From Octopus sinensis (lineage: Eukaryota), in the NCBI RefSeq assembly GCF_006345805.1, contig NW_021836639.1:1-23095 (forward strand): a DNA stretch of 23,095 bases, in the 5' to 3' direction. Under the pieces are notes generated by a model. That model saw only the letters and a program-made list of their open reading frames with translations, was not told where the DNA came from and made no database searches. The translations under genes were made by a program, and so were the position numbers. Below, one piece after another: positions 1 through 11,589 of the stretch; position 1 is the first letter of the stretch, and each line of letters starts with the position of its first letter.

Positions 1-629
1 TCTCCTCAATTTTTCAATCTAGCCTTAGATTGTCTCTATCTGTGGTTATTTTCCCCTCTCTCTTAGCGTCTCTTATCATCTCTCTCTCTCCAGATATATA
101 TACCTGTGTGTGTGTGAATATCTATATCTATCTATCTCTCCCCTCTCTCGCTCTCTCCCCTTCACTGTCTCTCTGTTCATATGTTTCTCTCTCTTCGTAT
201 GCAAATCAGTAGTTACATACAAAATACAAAAACGCATGACTACACACACATATAAATATATTTATCACACAAGAATACACCCATAGACACACACACACAT
301 ATATATATATATATCATAGGCGCATGAGCGTGTGTACATCTGCACATAAATGTATAACTGATGTCTTCCACAATTCTTGAAATCGTAAAAAAGCCCGAAA
401 TCTTAATGGCCGATGTGTATAGCTATAATTGTCATATGCGATTCTTACGTAAAAGGCAGATTTTAATCTAAATATTTTCTTCTCTTCACCAATGAAAATG
501 TCAGCCATTTTGTACGTGAAACTTTTAAAGCTCAAATAAAATTTCCTTATGTAAATGGTGATGAGGTTATAGCGTTCTTTCTAGCATTTTATTTCACAAA
601 ACAGTTAAACCTGAAGCCAAAGCGTTATA

Positions 630-790
630 AGGTCAGGCATGGTAAGATGTTCGCTTGGGAAGGTCGTGGTTTCGGATTCAGTTTCAATGCGTGTCATTGT
701 AAGCAGGAGTTTTCGACTCAAGCCACGGGGTGAAAAATACTTTTTGATTGAATTTGGTAGAGAGAAGCCATATTGAAGCCTAGTGTGTAT
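630..790 (+). mobile_element. Degenerate 5' part of a tRNA-derived SINE (same family as 6610-7057)
   Basis: GGCATGGTAAGATGTTCGCTTGGG...TTCGGATTCAGTTTCAATGCGTG...GAATTTGGTAGAGAGAAGCC aligns by eye to the reverse complement of 6890-7057, then runs into (TA)n as that copy does. Confidence 0.6.
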
Positions 791-916
791 GTATATATAT
801 ATATATATATAAATTAGAGATAAAACCTCTATTAGGGAAATCAAACAGTGAAAAACATAAACCAAAACATAGAAATAAAATAAATTAAAAATTTTAATTA
901 TATATGTATATATATG

Positions 917-949
<33 letters not shown>

Positions 950-1084
950 GCATATTTATGTGAGTCTATATATATGATATATTTATAATATATATGTATG
1001 TATGTATATGCATATATATGTATGTGTATGTATATATATGGTTCTGAATTTGAGTAAGACAAATAATCCTTCCTACAATAGAGA

Positions 1085-1240
1085 AATTGCCAGAAATTCA
1101 AGGTGAGATCTGATAGCGATTGTATCCACTCCCGAAGGATGAAAGACAAATTTGACCCTAGCGGAATTTGAACCGAGAACACGAAGAGCCAAAAAGAAAA
1201 TGCCACTAAGCATTTTGTAAGGTATCCTAATGACTCTGCG
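1085..1240 (-). mobile_element. Degenerate fragment of a second tRNA-derived SINE family
   Basis: CCCGAAGGATGAAAGACAAATTTGACCCTAGCGGAATTTGAACCGAGAAC...ATGCCACTAAGCATTTTG. The minus strand has a B-box-like GGTTCAAATTCC. It resembles a high-copy octopus SINE as I recall it; not database-verified. Confidence 0.55.
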
Positions 1241-1992
1241 TTTTGATAAGATAAAATCTATGTATTGAAGTATGTTTTCCCAAAAGCAAAATCGAAAATC
1301 GAAATACGAACAAGAGAATATATGAGACATCACAAAAATAATTTCATAAGAACGTTGCAGTTAATCATTTGAATGTTTAGCATCTGGATTAAGAAATCTT
1401 TTTTAAGATATGCTTCCGTGGAGAAAAATAGTATCAATTACTTTTAATCAGAAGGTAATGCACCGGAAGAAATATCACTAGATCTTTTTTTTTCAAGGTT
1501 TTAAGATTTCTGCCAGTACAACGCCAGCAACGAGTCTACAAAAAAGCCTTTAGGCTGTAGATCAAACTACAGACATAGAAGATATGTAACGCTCAGATCC
1601 CTCGCTTATTGAAATATCGTTACATAATATGATCTTAGAGACCTTAAAACCAAAAAAGAACAGAACAATCACTAATAGAATGCATTTGTTCAAAGCAATC
1701 AGAACACGGATAATATTATATCTACCCAATCAGATCACAACTGGGGCTAAATAACTGCAAAAACATCAACAATGACTATATAAAAACAAAACCAAAAACA
1801 AAACAACAGCAAAGACTCAATCCATTATCGGAAGCCAAATGCTGGGAGAAAGAGACAGAGGAAAAAAGTCGAAAAAAGAGGAAGGACGAGGTTGCGTGCA
1901 ATTTTGTAACTAATTAACCAATCGAGTCACCAAATTAGTTTATAAAACAATTCCCTTCTGTAGTTCCACAGATTAGTTTCTGTGCGTGCCAT

Positions 1993-2016
1993 TTATTATT
2001 GTTATTATTATTATTA

Positions 2017-2051
<35 letters not shown>

Positions 2052-2299
2052 GTTGTTATTGTTATTGTTGTTGTTGTTGTTATTATTATTATTGTTATTA
2101 TTATATTATTATTATTATTATTATAGCTATTATTATTATTATTGTTATTATTATTATTATTATTATATTATTATTATCGTTATATTATTATTATTATATT
2201 ATTATTATTGTGTGTTGTTGTTATGTTGTTGTTATTATTATTATATATTATTATATTATATTATTATTATTAGGATTAATGTTATTATTATTATTATTA

Positions 2300-2352
<53 letters not shown>
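1993..2352. repeat. (TTA)n/(TTG)n trinucleotide microsatellite
   Basis: Directly visible; explains the poly-Y/L/I ORFs 1982..2494 and 1999..2367. Confidence 0.97.
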
Positions 2353-2712
2353 TTATTCGGGGGTTAAAGAGACGACTGTTGCGTCTCAATCTGTGGCAAC
2401 GACAGCCTGGCAATTATATCAATTCTACAGCAATTTATGTTACACGAAAGTCAATAGCATTTTTGTTCTATTTTTCTTTACTTCTTTTTTTTAGCTTCTT
2501 TTCTATTGGCAGAGGGGGGTTCTCGATTTTATTCGACCACTACTCCTCCTGTCCCTGCATGCACCTACAGACACACATACACTCACACACACACACACAC
2601 ACACGCATATATATATAGAGAGAGGAGAAAGTGAGAGAGAGAGACATACAGAGAGAGAGAGGGATGGAGAGATAGATAGCTTTATACATAATTATATAGA
2701 TTATAATAGTTG

Positions 2713-2756
<44 letters not shown>

Positions 2757-2760
2757 ATAT

Positions 2761-2970
2761 AATAATCAATCAATAGGGTGGCAAGGAAAATTTTGTAGAA
2801 TTTTATTGCCACCAGCGGCCCAGTGGGAAAAAATTAAATAGTCATAGACCATTTTAAGTTCAACATTAACAATTAAGGAACGGCCATAATAGGCCATTCA
2901 CCCACTAGAAATAAAGCCAAAGCTTTCTACCGCAAATAAAGATCAATTCCGTGAAACAGGAGAAAATTAA
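2761..2970 (-). repeat. Inverted partial copy (~210 bp) of the ~485-bp tandem unit
   Basis: Its reverse complement reads TTAATTTTCTCCTGTTTCACGGAATTGATCTTTATTTGCGGTAGAAAGCTTTGG...CCTTGCCACCCTATTG, matching the array unit. Confidence 0.95.
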
Positions 2971-4501
2971 GTAGAAGCTTTGGCTGTTATTTCTAGTGGG
3001 TGAATGGCCTATTATGGCCGTCCTTAATTGTTATGTTGAACTTAAAAATGGTCTAGACTATTTAATTTTTTCCCACTGGGCCGCTGGTGGCAATAAAATT
3101 CTACAAAATTTCCTTTGCCACCCTATATTGATTAATTATGAATTTTTTGGTTAATTCCGTAATGGAATCGACGGCTGATATTTATTTGCTGCCGATAAAT
3201 TTGGCGCGAGTGCGACGATTTGAAAATTTTAGGTCAGATATTGACTTGGCAAGATGGGGTATGCCTCGTGTAAATATCTGTTCCGACTTGAGCTATTTCT
3301 TGCTGAAAATCCGAGGGCTTATGGAAGATTGACTTGATTTAATTTAATCAGGTTAGTTTACCATTAAACAGGGATGAAACGGTATACCGTACAAGAAATT
3401 ACGGGTAAATGTTTTTTAATTTTCTCCTGTTTACGGAATTGATCTTTATTTGCGGTAGAAGCTTTGCTGTTATTTCTAGTGGGTGAATGGCCTATTATGG
3501 CCGTTCCTTAATTGTTAATGTTGAACTTAAAATGGTCTATGACTATTTAATTTTTCCCACTGGGCGCTGGTGGCAATAAAATTCTACAAAATTTTCCTTG
3601 CCACCCTATATTGATTAATTATGAATCTTTTGGTTAATTCCGTAATGGAATCGACGGCTGATATTTATTTGCTGCCGATATAATTTGGCGCGAGTGCGAC
3701 GATTTGAAAATTTTAGGTCAGCATATTGACTTGGCAAGATGGGGGTATGCCTCGTGTAATATCTGTTCCGACTTGAGCTATTTCTTGCTGAAGAATCCGA
3801 GGGCTTAGAAGATTGACTTGATTTAATTTAATCGGTTAGTTTACCATTAAACAGCGGATGAAACGGTATACCGTACAAGAAATTACCGGGTAAATGTTTT
3901 TTTTTAATTTTCTCTCCTGTTTACGGAATTGATCTTTATTTGCGGTAGAAGCTTTGGCTGTTATTTCTAGTGGGTGAATGGCCTATTATGGCCGTTCCTT
4001 AATTGTTAATGTTGAACTTAAAAATGGTCTATGACTATTTAATTTTTTCCCACTGGGCCGCTGGTGGCAATAAAATTCTACAAAATTTTTCCTTGCCACC
4101 CTATATTGATTTAATTATGAATTTTTGGTTAATTCCGTAATGGAATCGACGGCTGATATTTATTTGCTGCCGATAAATTTGGCGCGAGTGCGACGATTTG
4201 AAAATTTTAGGTCAGATATGACTTGGCAAGATGGGGTTATGCCTCGTGTAAAATATCTGTTCCGACTTGAGCTATTTTTGCTGAAGAATCCGAGGGCTTA
4301 TGGAAGATTGACTTGATTTAATTTAATCAGGTTAGTTTACCATTAAACAGCGGATGAAACGGTATACCGTACAAGAAATTACAGGGTAAATGTTTTTTTT
4401 AATTTTCTCCTGTTTACGGAATTGATCTTTATTTGCGGTAGAAGCTTTGGCTGTTATTTCTAGTGGGTGAATGGCCTATTATGGCCGTTCCTTAATTGTT
4501 A

Positions 4502-4503
<2 letters not shown>
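2971..4503 (+). repeat. Tandem array of a ~484-493 bp unit, about 3.1 copies
   Basis: GTAGAAGCTTTG recurs at 2971, 3455, 3945 and 4438 (periods 484, 490, 493). Copies differ almost only by small indels, mostly 1 bp. Confidence 0.97.
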
Positions 4504-4535
<32 letters not shown>

Positions 4536-4623
4536 GTACATATATATACGCATATATATATCTATACATATACATATATAATGTGTGCATATATACATAT
4601 ATATACATATATAATATATATAT

Positions 4624-4655
<32 letters not shown>

Positions 4656-4668
4656 ATGTATACTATAG

Positions 4669-4700
<32 letters not shown>

Positions 4701-4778
4701 CATAAATACTATCGGATATGTATAATATATATATATATATATATTATATATATAGGTAATATACAAACATAAATATGT

Positions 4779-4814
<36 letters not shown>

Positions 4815-4895
4815 GTGTATGTATACGTGTGTGTGTGTAAGTATGCAAATACATGCACAAACACACACACACACCACACACAACACACACACAAA
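4504..4895. repeat. Degenerate (TA)n/(CA)n microsatellite tract
   Basis: Directly visible. Confidence 0.93.
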
Positions 4896-5149
4896 CTTAT
4901 ATATACGTCTATAGATGACTATGTCTCTGTATAATTATGTATTTCTGTTTTTGAGCATAACATTCTTTACGAGTGTGCCGAAACTTATTGTCGAATATAT
5001 TTATTAATACAAAGCGGCTGATTTACGGTAATGTTATTAAAATTTTCTCGCTGGAGGCGACAACAAAAATTGGATTTTTGTTCTTCTCTGAAAGTCCCCG
5101 AAGCCACAGCGCTTTTCTCGTGGGCCTGTCTTACTGTTAATAAGAAACT

Positions 5150-5542
5150 ATGCACATATTCATATCTACGTGTGTAAGTATACGTATATATAATATCTTA
5201 TATATATATAATATATATATATATATCTATATAATATTATGTGTGTGTGTATATATATATATACATATATATGTATGTACATGTATATATATATTTATGT
5301 ATATACCCATATATATATGTGGATATATATATATGTGTGTGTGTATATACATATATATGTATATATATATATATATACATACCTACATATATATATATAC
5401 ATATACACATATATGTATATACATATATACACATACATATATATATTATTACATACGTATACATACATCCATATATTACATACATAGATACATATATATA
5501 CATATATATATATATATACATACATATAATATATATACATAC

Positions 5543-5577
<35 letters not shown>

Positions 5578-5670
5578 GATATATATACAACATATATAAT
5601 ATAATTATACACATTGAGATGTATTTCTCCATTTTCTTATCTTGTATATATATATATATATATATATATG
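5150..5670. repeat. Degenerate (TA)n/(TACA)n microsatellite tract
   Basis: Directly visible; source of several I/Y/H/T-rich pseudo-ORFs. Confidence 0.93.
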
Positions 5671-5879
5671 TTTGTATTTGTGATTCATAGACCCTTTCTA
5701 TGGTATCACGTACGTGTTTATATATCAGCAGGCTATGTATATATGGATATAGAAGCTGCAGCTTTCGAAGCAGTTGTCCATAGATATTCTCATTTTATGA
5801 ACGAATAAATGTTCGGTGTGGATGTATGTATATACCTGCGAGTGAGTGATTGTGTGTGCGCGTGTGTATGTGTGTGTAT

Positions 5880-6026
5880 ACATGAGGGTTTCCACAGAGT
5901 TTCCATCCCCCAAATTCACTCGCAGATATTCGATCCGCCTGTTACTCGAGATGCCCATCAGTAGAACTGTTCTCAGATACACGTGGCTCCAAAGCGAGGT
6001 TCTTAACCACAAAGCCATGCCTGCGC
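5880..6026 (-). mobile_element. Degenerate 5' part of the tRNA-derived SINE family of 6610-7057
   Basis: AGTTTCCATCCCCCAAATTCACTCGCAG...TTCTTAACCACAAAGCCATGCCTGCGC parallels AGTTTCCGTCTACAAAATCCACTCACAAG...TACTTACCACACAGCCACTCCTGCG at 6910-7057. Confidence 0.65.
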
Positions 6027-6129
6027 TTGTAGTTATTTTCTTTCTCTTCCTGTCTTTTCCTTTTATTTTATTTTATTTATTTATTTAGTCATTTAATTTT
6101 TTGATTAACGTTACAAAATCGAATTCAAA

Positions 6130-6445
6130 AAGAAATTGAAAAATATTTCTTCCTCGTAAGAACGCTTCAGATTGCGAAACACAAATAAGAAAGAAATCAC
6201 AAAAAAAATTTCAAGAATTAATCAATAACATTCATCAATCAAACGGACTTACAATGGAAGTGAATGAAACGGAACTTCCACTTTTTGAGATTTTTGAAAG
6301 GAAAATGAAAGAATTTCAACTAATTTCTAATTTAAAAAGACGGATATACAGCAGCACTTAGACAGACTTTAGATCTTGCCAACCACCCATACTAAAAGAA
6401 ATATCCCATTTAATATGGTAAAGCATATATATACAATAGATTGAA
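6130..6445 (+). pseudogene. Relic of a Penelope-like retroelement reverse transcriptase (C-terminal part)
   Basis: With frameshifts it translates as FQELINNIHQSNGLTMEVNETELPLFEIF / NERISTNF*FKKTDIQQHL / DFRSCQP / HTKRNIPFNMVKHIYTI. This matches the PLE RT pattern LN..HP.I.FTME.E....LPFLD......I.T..Y.K.TD...YL.F.SCHP..TK..IP..LA.RI.TI. TMEVNETELP is at 6251-6280 and TKRNIPFNM at 6391-6417. Confidence 0.8.
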
Positions 6446-6477
6446 CTAGACTAGACTGACGATAAGAAGAACAAACG

Positions 6478-6609
6478 TATAATTCCAGAGACAAATATGT
6501 GTGCGGGTCATGTCTTAGTCTGTGTCTTGTATATGACTTGAATACGTTTGTATAATTGTGTGTGTCTATTGCTATTTAAGTGTATGGATGTGTACACAAG
6601 TCTAATAAT
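6478..6609 (+). repeat. Left copy of a 132-bp direct repeat (putative target-site duplication)
   Basis: Gap-free match to 7058-7189 with 11 mismatches in 132 bp; abuts the SINE tail. Confidence 0.85.
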
Positions 6610-7057
6610 ACTCTTTACTCTTTTACTTGTTTCAGTCATTTGACTGCAGCCATGCTGGAGCACCGCCTTTATTCGAGCAACTCGACCCCGGGACTTATTC
6701 TTTTTGTAAGCCCAGTACTTATTCTATCGGTCTCTTTTGCCGAACCGCTAATTGACGGGGGCGTAAACACACCAGCATCGGTTGTCAAACAAGCTAGGGG
6801 ACAAACACAGTCACAAAACACAAACACACATACAAACACACACACACACAATCACACACACACACACACATATATATATAATATTATTTATATAAACGAC
6901 AGGCTTCTTTCAGTTTCCGTCTACAAAATCCACTCACAAGGCATTGGTCGGCCCGGGGCTATAGCAGCAGACACTTGCCCAAGATGTCACGCAGTGGGAC
7001 TGAACCCGGACCCATGTGGTTGGTAAGCAAGCTACTTACCACACAGCCACTCCTGCG
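6610..7057 (-). mobile_element. Full-length tRNA-derived SINE with internal (CA)/(TA) microsatellite
   Basis: Minus strand has A box TGGCTGTGTGG (7039-7049), B box GGTTCAGTCCC (6996-7006) and a 3' tail ...GACTGAAACAAGTAAAAGAGTAAAGAG. Related fragments lie at 630, 5880 and 15081. Confidence 0.9.
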
Positions 7058-7189
7058 TATAACTCCAGAGACAAAAATGTGTGCGGGTCATGTCTTAGTC
7101 TGTGTCTTGTATACGTCTTGAATACGTTTGTATAATTGTGTGTGTCTATAGCTATATAAGTGTATGGATGTGTATATATCTGTAATAAT
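7058..7189 (+). repeat. Right copy of the 132-bp direct repeat (putative target-site duplication)
   Basis: Offset 580 from 6478-6609; starts at the SINE 5' end. Confidence 0.85.
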
Positions 7190-7599
7190 GTCTGTGTATA
7201 CGCATGAATGTGTGTATGTGTTAATGTGACCCCATGAGTTTATGCACTGAAGTTGTATGTAACCAAAACTTTATGTAACCGTAAATATATGTAACCGTCT
7301 ATATGATTAATATATGTATAAATACGAATACATATGCACACGTGTGTGTGTCTACAAAGCTGTGTAAGTTTGTATATCAGCATGGACGTGAATGCACGTG
7401 TGTGTTTGTGTGTGTGCATACGTGTGTGTGTGTGTGTGTGTGTGTGTTTGTGGTGACTACGTCAATTCTGGTTGTTTTATTAGATTTTTGAATTATTATT
7501 TCTAAATTGGAAAAGTGGTTCGTTTAATATTTTCAAGTCGACATATTTGTATATACATCAGCATAAACAGACCTAACTCTGACACCACTACGTATATAT

Positions 7600-8290
7600 G
7601 TCCATACATTTGTGCATAAATGTGTATATATATATTTATGTACGAATATAAATATATAATATATATATATATATATATGCACATATACATATACATATAT
7701 GTATATATATGTATATATATGTATAAATATATATATATATATATATGCGTGTGTGTGTGGGCGCGCGTACGCTGGTGTATATATTTGTATATATACATAC
7801 ACGCACACACATACATATATATTATATATATATATATAGATTATATATATATACATACATACACATATATAAATACCATATATATATATAAATGAATATA
7901 TGAATATATGCATATTACGTATTAGATGTATAAATATATATACATGTATACACGTATTTAACATATTTTACGCATACATTGGCATAAATATATGTGTAGG
8001 TTTGTGCGTGTGTGTGAGTGAGTGAGTGTGAGTGTGTATGTATATTTATATATCTGTACACAAGCAGATATATACACAAATATGTATGTAAATATAAATA
8101 TATAAATGCATATAAATGAATATATATAAATAAATATATAAACACATATAAATATATATATATATATATTAGTACACACACATATATACATATATATCAC
8201 TGCAGATACACAAGTATATACATGTAAGCTTCTGTGTGGCTATGTGTGTGTGTGTTTGTAAGTGTGTGTGTGTGTCTTTGTGCATGGAAG
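7600..8290. repeat. Degenerate (TA)n/(TG)n microsatellite tract
   Basis: Directly visible. Confidence 0.9.
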
Positions 8291-9021
8291 TCTCTGCATG
8301 TCTGTGTCTTACTCTGTATGTGTGCGTATTCTGTTTCCAGTATATGCATAAATACAGTTAATACATACGTGTATTAGTGTACACGGCGTGATTTATAGGT
8401 CTGTAGATGCGTGTCTAAAGATATTTTTAAGTTACAGCATTGAATACTGCCATGTTTTATGACTGAAGGCGTGTGTGGTGATCATAAAAGACTCTGTAGA
8501 ATCATACAAATGGTAATTTAGAACTTAACATTTCGAAAACTAATTCTTTATAGTCGTATTCGTAGTTTATATAAACATTTCATACACACATACATAGAAA
8601 GAATACACACACACATATGCGTAGATATACATTTGTGTGTGTGTATATGTATTTAGGTATGCGTGTGTGTATTCATGCGCGTATTTCTATATACATACAC
8701 GTATGTGAGTGCGGGTGCGTTGTTTGTGTGTGTGCCTGTGTGAGTCTCTGTGTATGTGTGTGTGTGCCTGTTTTAGCCTCTGTGTGTGTATGTTTGTGTG
8801 TGTGTGGCTGGGTGTGTCTGTGTGTGTGTGTGTGCCTGTTTTAGCCTCTATGTGTGTGTGTGTTTGATTTTCCTTCGGTCTGCGAGCATGTTTCATGCTC
8901 TGCGATTTCTGTTTGTATTTGTCGATATTTCTTTTTCTATGTATTTTATAGTATCATTTCCTTGTATGTCGGTATTTCTGCGTGAGCATGTTTGCATGCA
9001 TGCCTGTTCGTATCGTCGTAC

Positions 9022-9032
9022 GTATGTATATG

Positions 9033-9068
<36 letters not shown>

Positions 9069-9593
9069 TGTATGTATGTATGTATGTATGTATGTATGTG
9101 CGTATGCATATATGTATGTATGTATGTATATATGTATGTATGTATGTATGTATGTGTGTATGTATGTATTTATGTATGTATGTATGTATGTATGTATGTA
9201 TGTGCGTATGTATGTATGTATGTGCGTATGTATGTATGTATGTATGTGCGTATGTATGTATGTATGTATATATGTATGTATGTATGTATATATATGTATG
9301 TATGTATGTATGTGTGTATGTATGTATGATTGGTATGTATAGTAGTGTATGAATGTGTATGTATGTATGAATGTATGTATGTATATATGTATGTATGTAT
9401 GTATGTATGGATGTTGTATGTATGTATGTATGTATGTATGTATGTATCTATGTATGTATGTAATGTGCGTATGTTATGTATGTGTATGTGTATGTATGTA
9501 TATATGTATGGTAGTATGTATGTATGGATGTATGTAGGTATGTATGTATGTATTATGTATGTATGTGCGTATGTATGTATGTATGTATGTATG

Positions 9594-9626
<33 letters not shown>

Positions 9627-9747
9627 GCGTATGTAATATGTATGTATGTATGTATGTGTGTATGTATGTATGTATGTATGTGCTGTATGTATGTATGTAT
9701 GTATGTATGTATGTATATAGTATGTATGTAGTATGTATGTATGTATG
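9022..9747. repeat. (TATG)n tetranucleotide array, ~720 bp, with TGCG and TATA variants
   Basis: Directly visible; explains the MYVC/IHTY pseudo-ORFs. Confidence 0.97.
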
Positions 9748-9768
9748 CATTATGCATGTGTATGTGTA

Positions 9769-9921
9769 CAGGTGGTGTACAAAACAAACAGATGTATTAA
9801 TATAACGCTCAGGAATAGAGAAAGTCTTTTACGATTCGAGTCTACGCTCTTCGTCAGAAAGAGACACAGAAAAAAAACAAGGAGAGAAAAAAGGAGAGAA
9901 AAAATGTGTGTAGTGGCTAAC
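9769..9921 (-). mobile_element. PLE pseudo-LTR-like repeat, family A, copy A1
   Basis: Reverse complement GTTAGCCACTACAC...CTCCTTG...TCTTTCTGACGAAGAGCGTAGACTCGAATCGTAAAAGAC...CTATTCCTGAGCG...CCACCTG matches 10406-10550 and 11678-11748. Confidence 0.75.
9825..9862 (-). ncRNA. Minimal type I hammerhead-like motif (family A), canonical CUGACGA core but mutated stem II and GAAU
   Basis: Minus strand: UCUUU CUGACGA A GAGC GUAG ACUC GAAU CG UA AAAGA. Confidence 0.55.
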
Positions 9922-10051
9922 GATCTATCTTATATACATATATATGTGTGTTCGTGTTTTATATATATATATATATGTATATATATATCATATCATATAT
10001 ATGTATATTTATATTTATCTATCTATCTCTGTAAAATCTAATCTATCTATC

Positions 10052-10139
<88 letters not shown>

Positions 10140-10405
10140 GCATCAATATATATGTATGTATGTAATATGTATGTATGTATGATACATATATATGCAAAAA
10201 CATATACGGACGCACAATATATATAGATATTGTATAAAGGATATAAAATAAAGGAACGATGGTATTGATATCTACATTTACATGAAAATCAATGTGATAC
10301 CACACTCTTTTAAATATATCTGTTATAAACGCTCATATACGCACGCGCACACGAAGACAGACAGGTGCATTATATATATATATATATATAACGCCATGTT
10401 GAATT

Positions 10406-10584
10406 GTTAGCCCCTACACGCAATTTTTTCTCCTTGTTTCTTTTCTGTGTATCTTTCTGTCGAAGAGCGTAGGCTCGAAACGTAAAAGACTTGCTTTATT
10501 TCTATTCCTGAGCGCCATACTAATACATTATTTGTTTGTACTCCACCTGCCTTCGTCTTTTGTTTATTTTCGTAAACCTTCCGT

Positions 10585-10585
<1 letters not shown>
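10406..10585 (+). mobile_element. PLE pseudo-LTR-like repeat, family A, copy A2
   Basis: Homologous to A1 and A3; contains a hammerhead-like motif and ends in (TA)n. Confidence 0.75.
10452..10489 (+). ncRNA. Minimal type I hammerhead-like motif (family A), intact helices, A6U core variant
   Basis: Stem I UCUUU(10452-56)/AAAGA(10485-89); core CUGUCGA(10457-63)+A; stem II GAGC-GUAG-GCUC; GAAA; palindromic ACGU as stem III; GUA cleavage triplet. Confidence 0.65.
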
Positions 10586-10631
<46 letters not shown>

Positions 10632-10659
10632 TGAGTGAGAGAGAGAGAGAGAGAGAGAA

Positions 10660-10690
<31 letters not shown>

Positions 10691-10711
10691 AATAGATAGA
10701 TATATAGATAA

Positions 10712-10810
10712 GTTTCTTTATTGGCCACACAGGGTTGCACACAGATGGGACAAGTTACAAGGTAGAGCTTTTCTTTTGGGGGATGAAAAAAAAAAGGTGG
10801 CGTAGGTTTT
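10712..10810 (-). mobile_element. Possible SINE/LINE 3' tail fragment
   Basis: TTTCTTTATTGGCCACACAGGG...GGGACAAG resembles a recalled octopus retroposon 3' end; not verifiable within the window. Confidence 0.3.
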
Positions 10811-11289
10811 CGATCAAAAGGGATCAGATACATAGATAGATGTACATACGTGCGTCTCATACGCACATACACACACACACAAACTTCCCAATGCAACATG
10901 CACCAGAAGGGAAAAAAACTGATGAAAGAAATCAATTTTGAATGAGTTACTATCACAGATCAGTAGAAAGGGCTGCTTTTCCGTTCTCATGAAATCTTTC
11001 AGGAAATGTTGGTATATCCCAGTTTTTCTAAACTGCTTACTAAATATTGTAACGTGTTCACTTTTTCTTGTCTTTCACTAGAATTGTATGATTTTGATAT
11101 AAAGCGTATAACTGACAACAGATTTTACACTCCACCATTACATAACGCAGTCTACTCTGACACTAGAATTCTCAGCGTTTATTACTGCAGTAAAAATTCA
11201 CAAAACTACATCTGAATAACAATAATATTTACGTGACGATTCAATCTTGCTCTCGGCTGTCTGATATCTACAGAATTCAATGAAATTTA

Positions 11290-11582
11290 TGAACTAAAAC
11301 CTCCAAAGGGTATTTGCACAGGAAGACATGTTTAGACTAATTTTAGTAAAAGAGCGGAAAATGCAAGCATACTTCAAATTACGTCGTTTTATGATGGAAA
11401 TCTCTTCGTTCTTACGGAGATGTACTTGCATAGCGAGTGACTTGATCTGAGATCGTGTGCTGAAACGAAAACAATTGCAGCGTGGAAGGTGTTTGTAAGC
11501 CATTTAAGAAACACACAAAATCCGTTCGATTCACTTCAGCATTTAAGTTTAATTTGTCAAAATATTTTCGTCGCTTTAAGAC
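11290..11582 (-). mobile_element. Repeat family E, segment downstream of and including the 3' half of its hammerhead (probable PLE terminal region)
   Basis: 11463-11582 is the reverse complement of 11901-12020, and 11525-11582 matches 11805-11862 with 1 mismatch. It is truncated inside the stem II loop. The left boundary is approximate. Confidence 0.55.
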
Positions 11583-11589
11583 AACGAAT

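Noticed and set aside
3065-3080. TTTTTTCCCACTGGG as a Transib/RSS-like terminus
   Set aside because: Only a partial heptamer match; no paired terminus or TSD.
3788-3815. CTGAAGA in the tandem unit as a hammerhead core
   Set aside because: No G-C-closed stem II followed by GAAA, and no stem I complement.
3138-4316. ORFs 3138..3332 and 4125..4316 repeated in the tandem unit
   Set aside because: Short, no recognisable motif, and the frame is not preserved between copies; cannot be called coding from this sequence quality.
2971-4503. Array as a CRISPR-like locus
   Set aside because: Whole ~485-bp units are repeated with no unique spacers, no cas genes, and the context is eukaryotic.
8766-8849. 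GCCTGTTTTAGCCTCT repeated at a 68-bp offset
   Set aside because: Embedded in (TG)n; ordinary slippage duplication.
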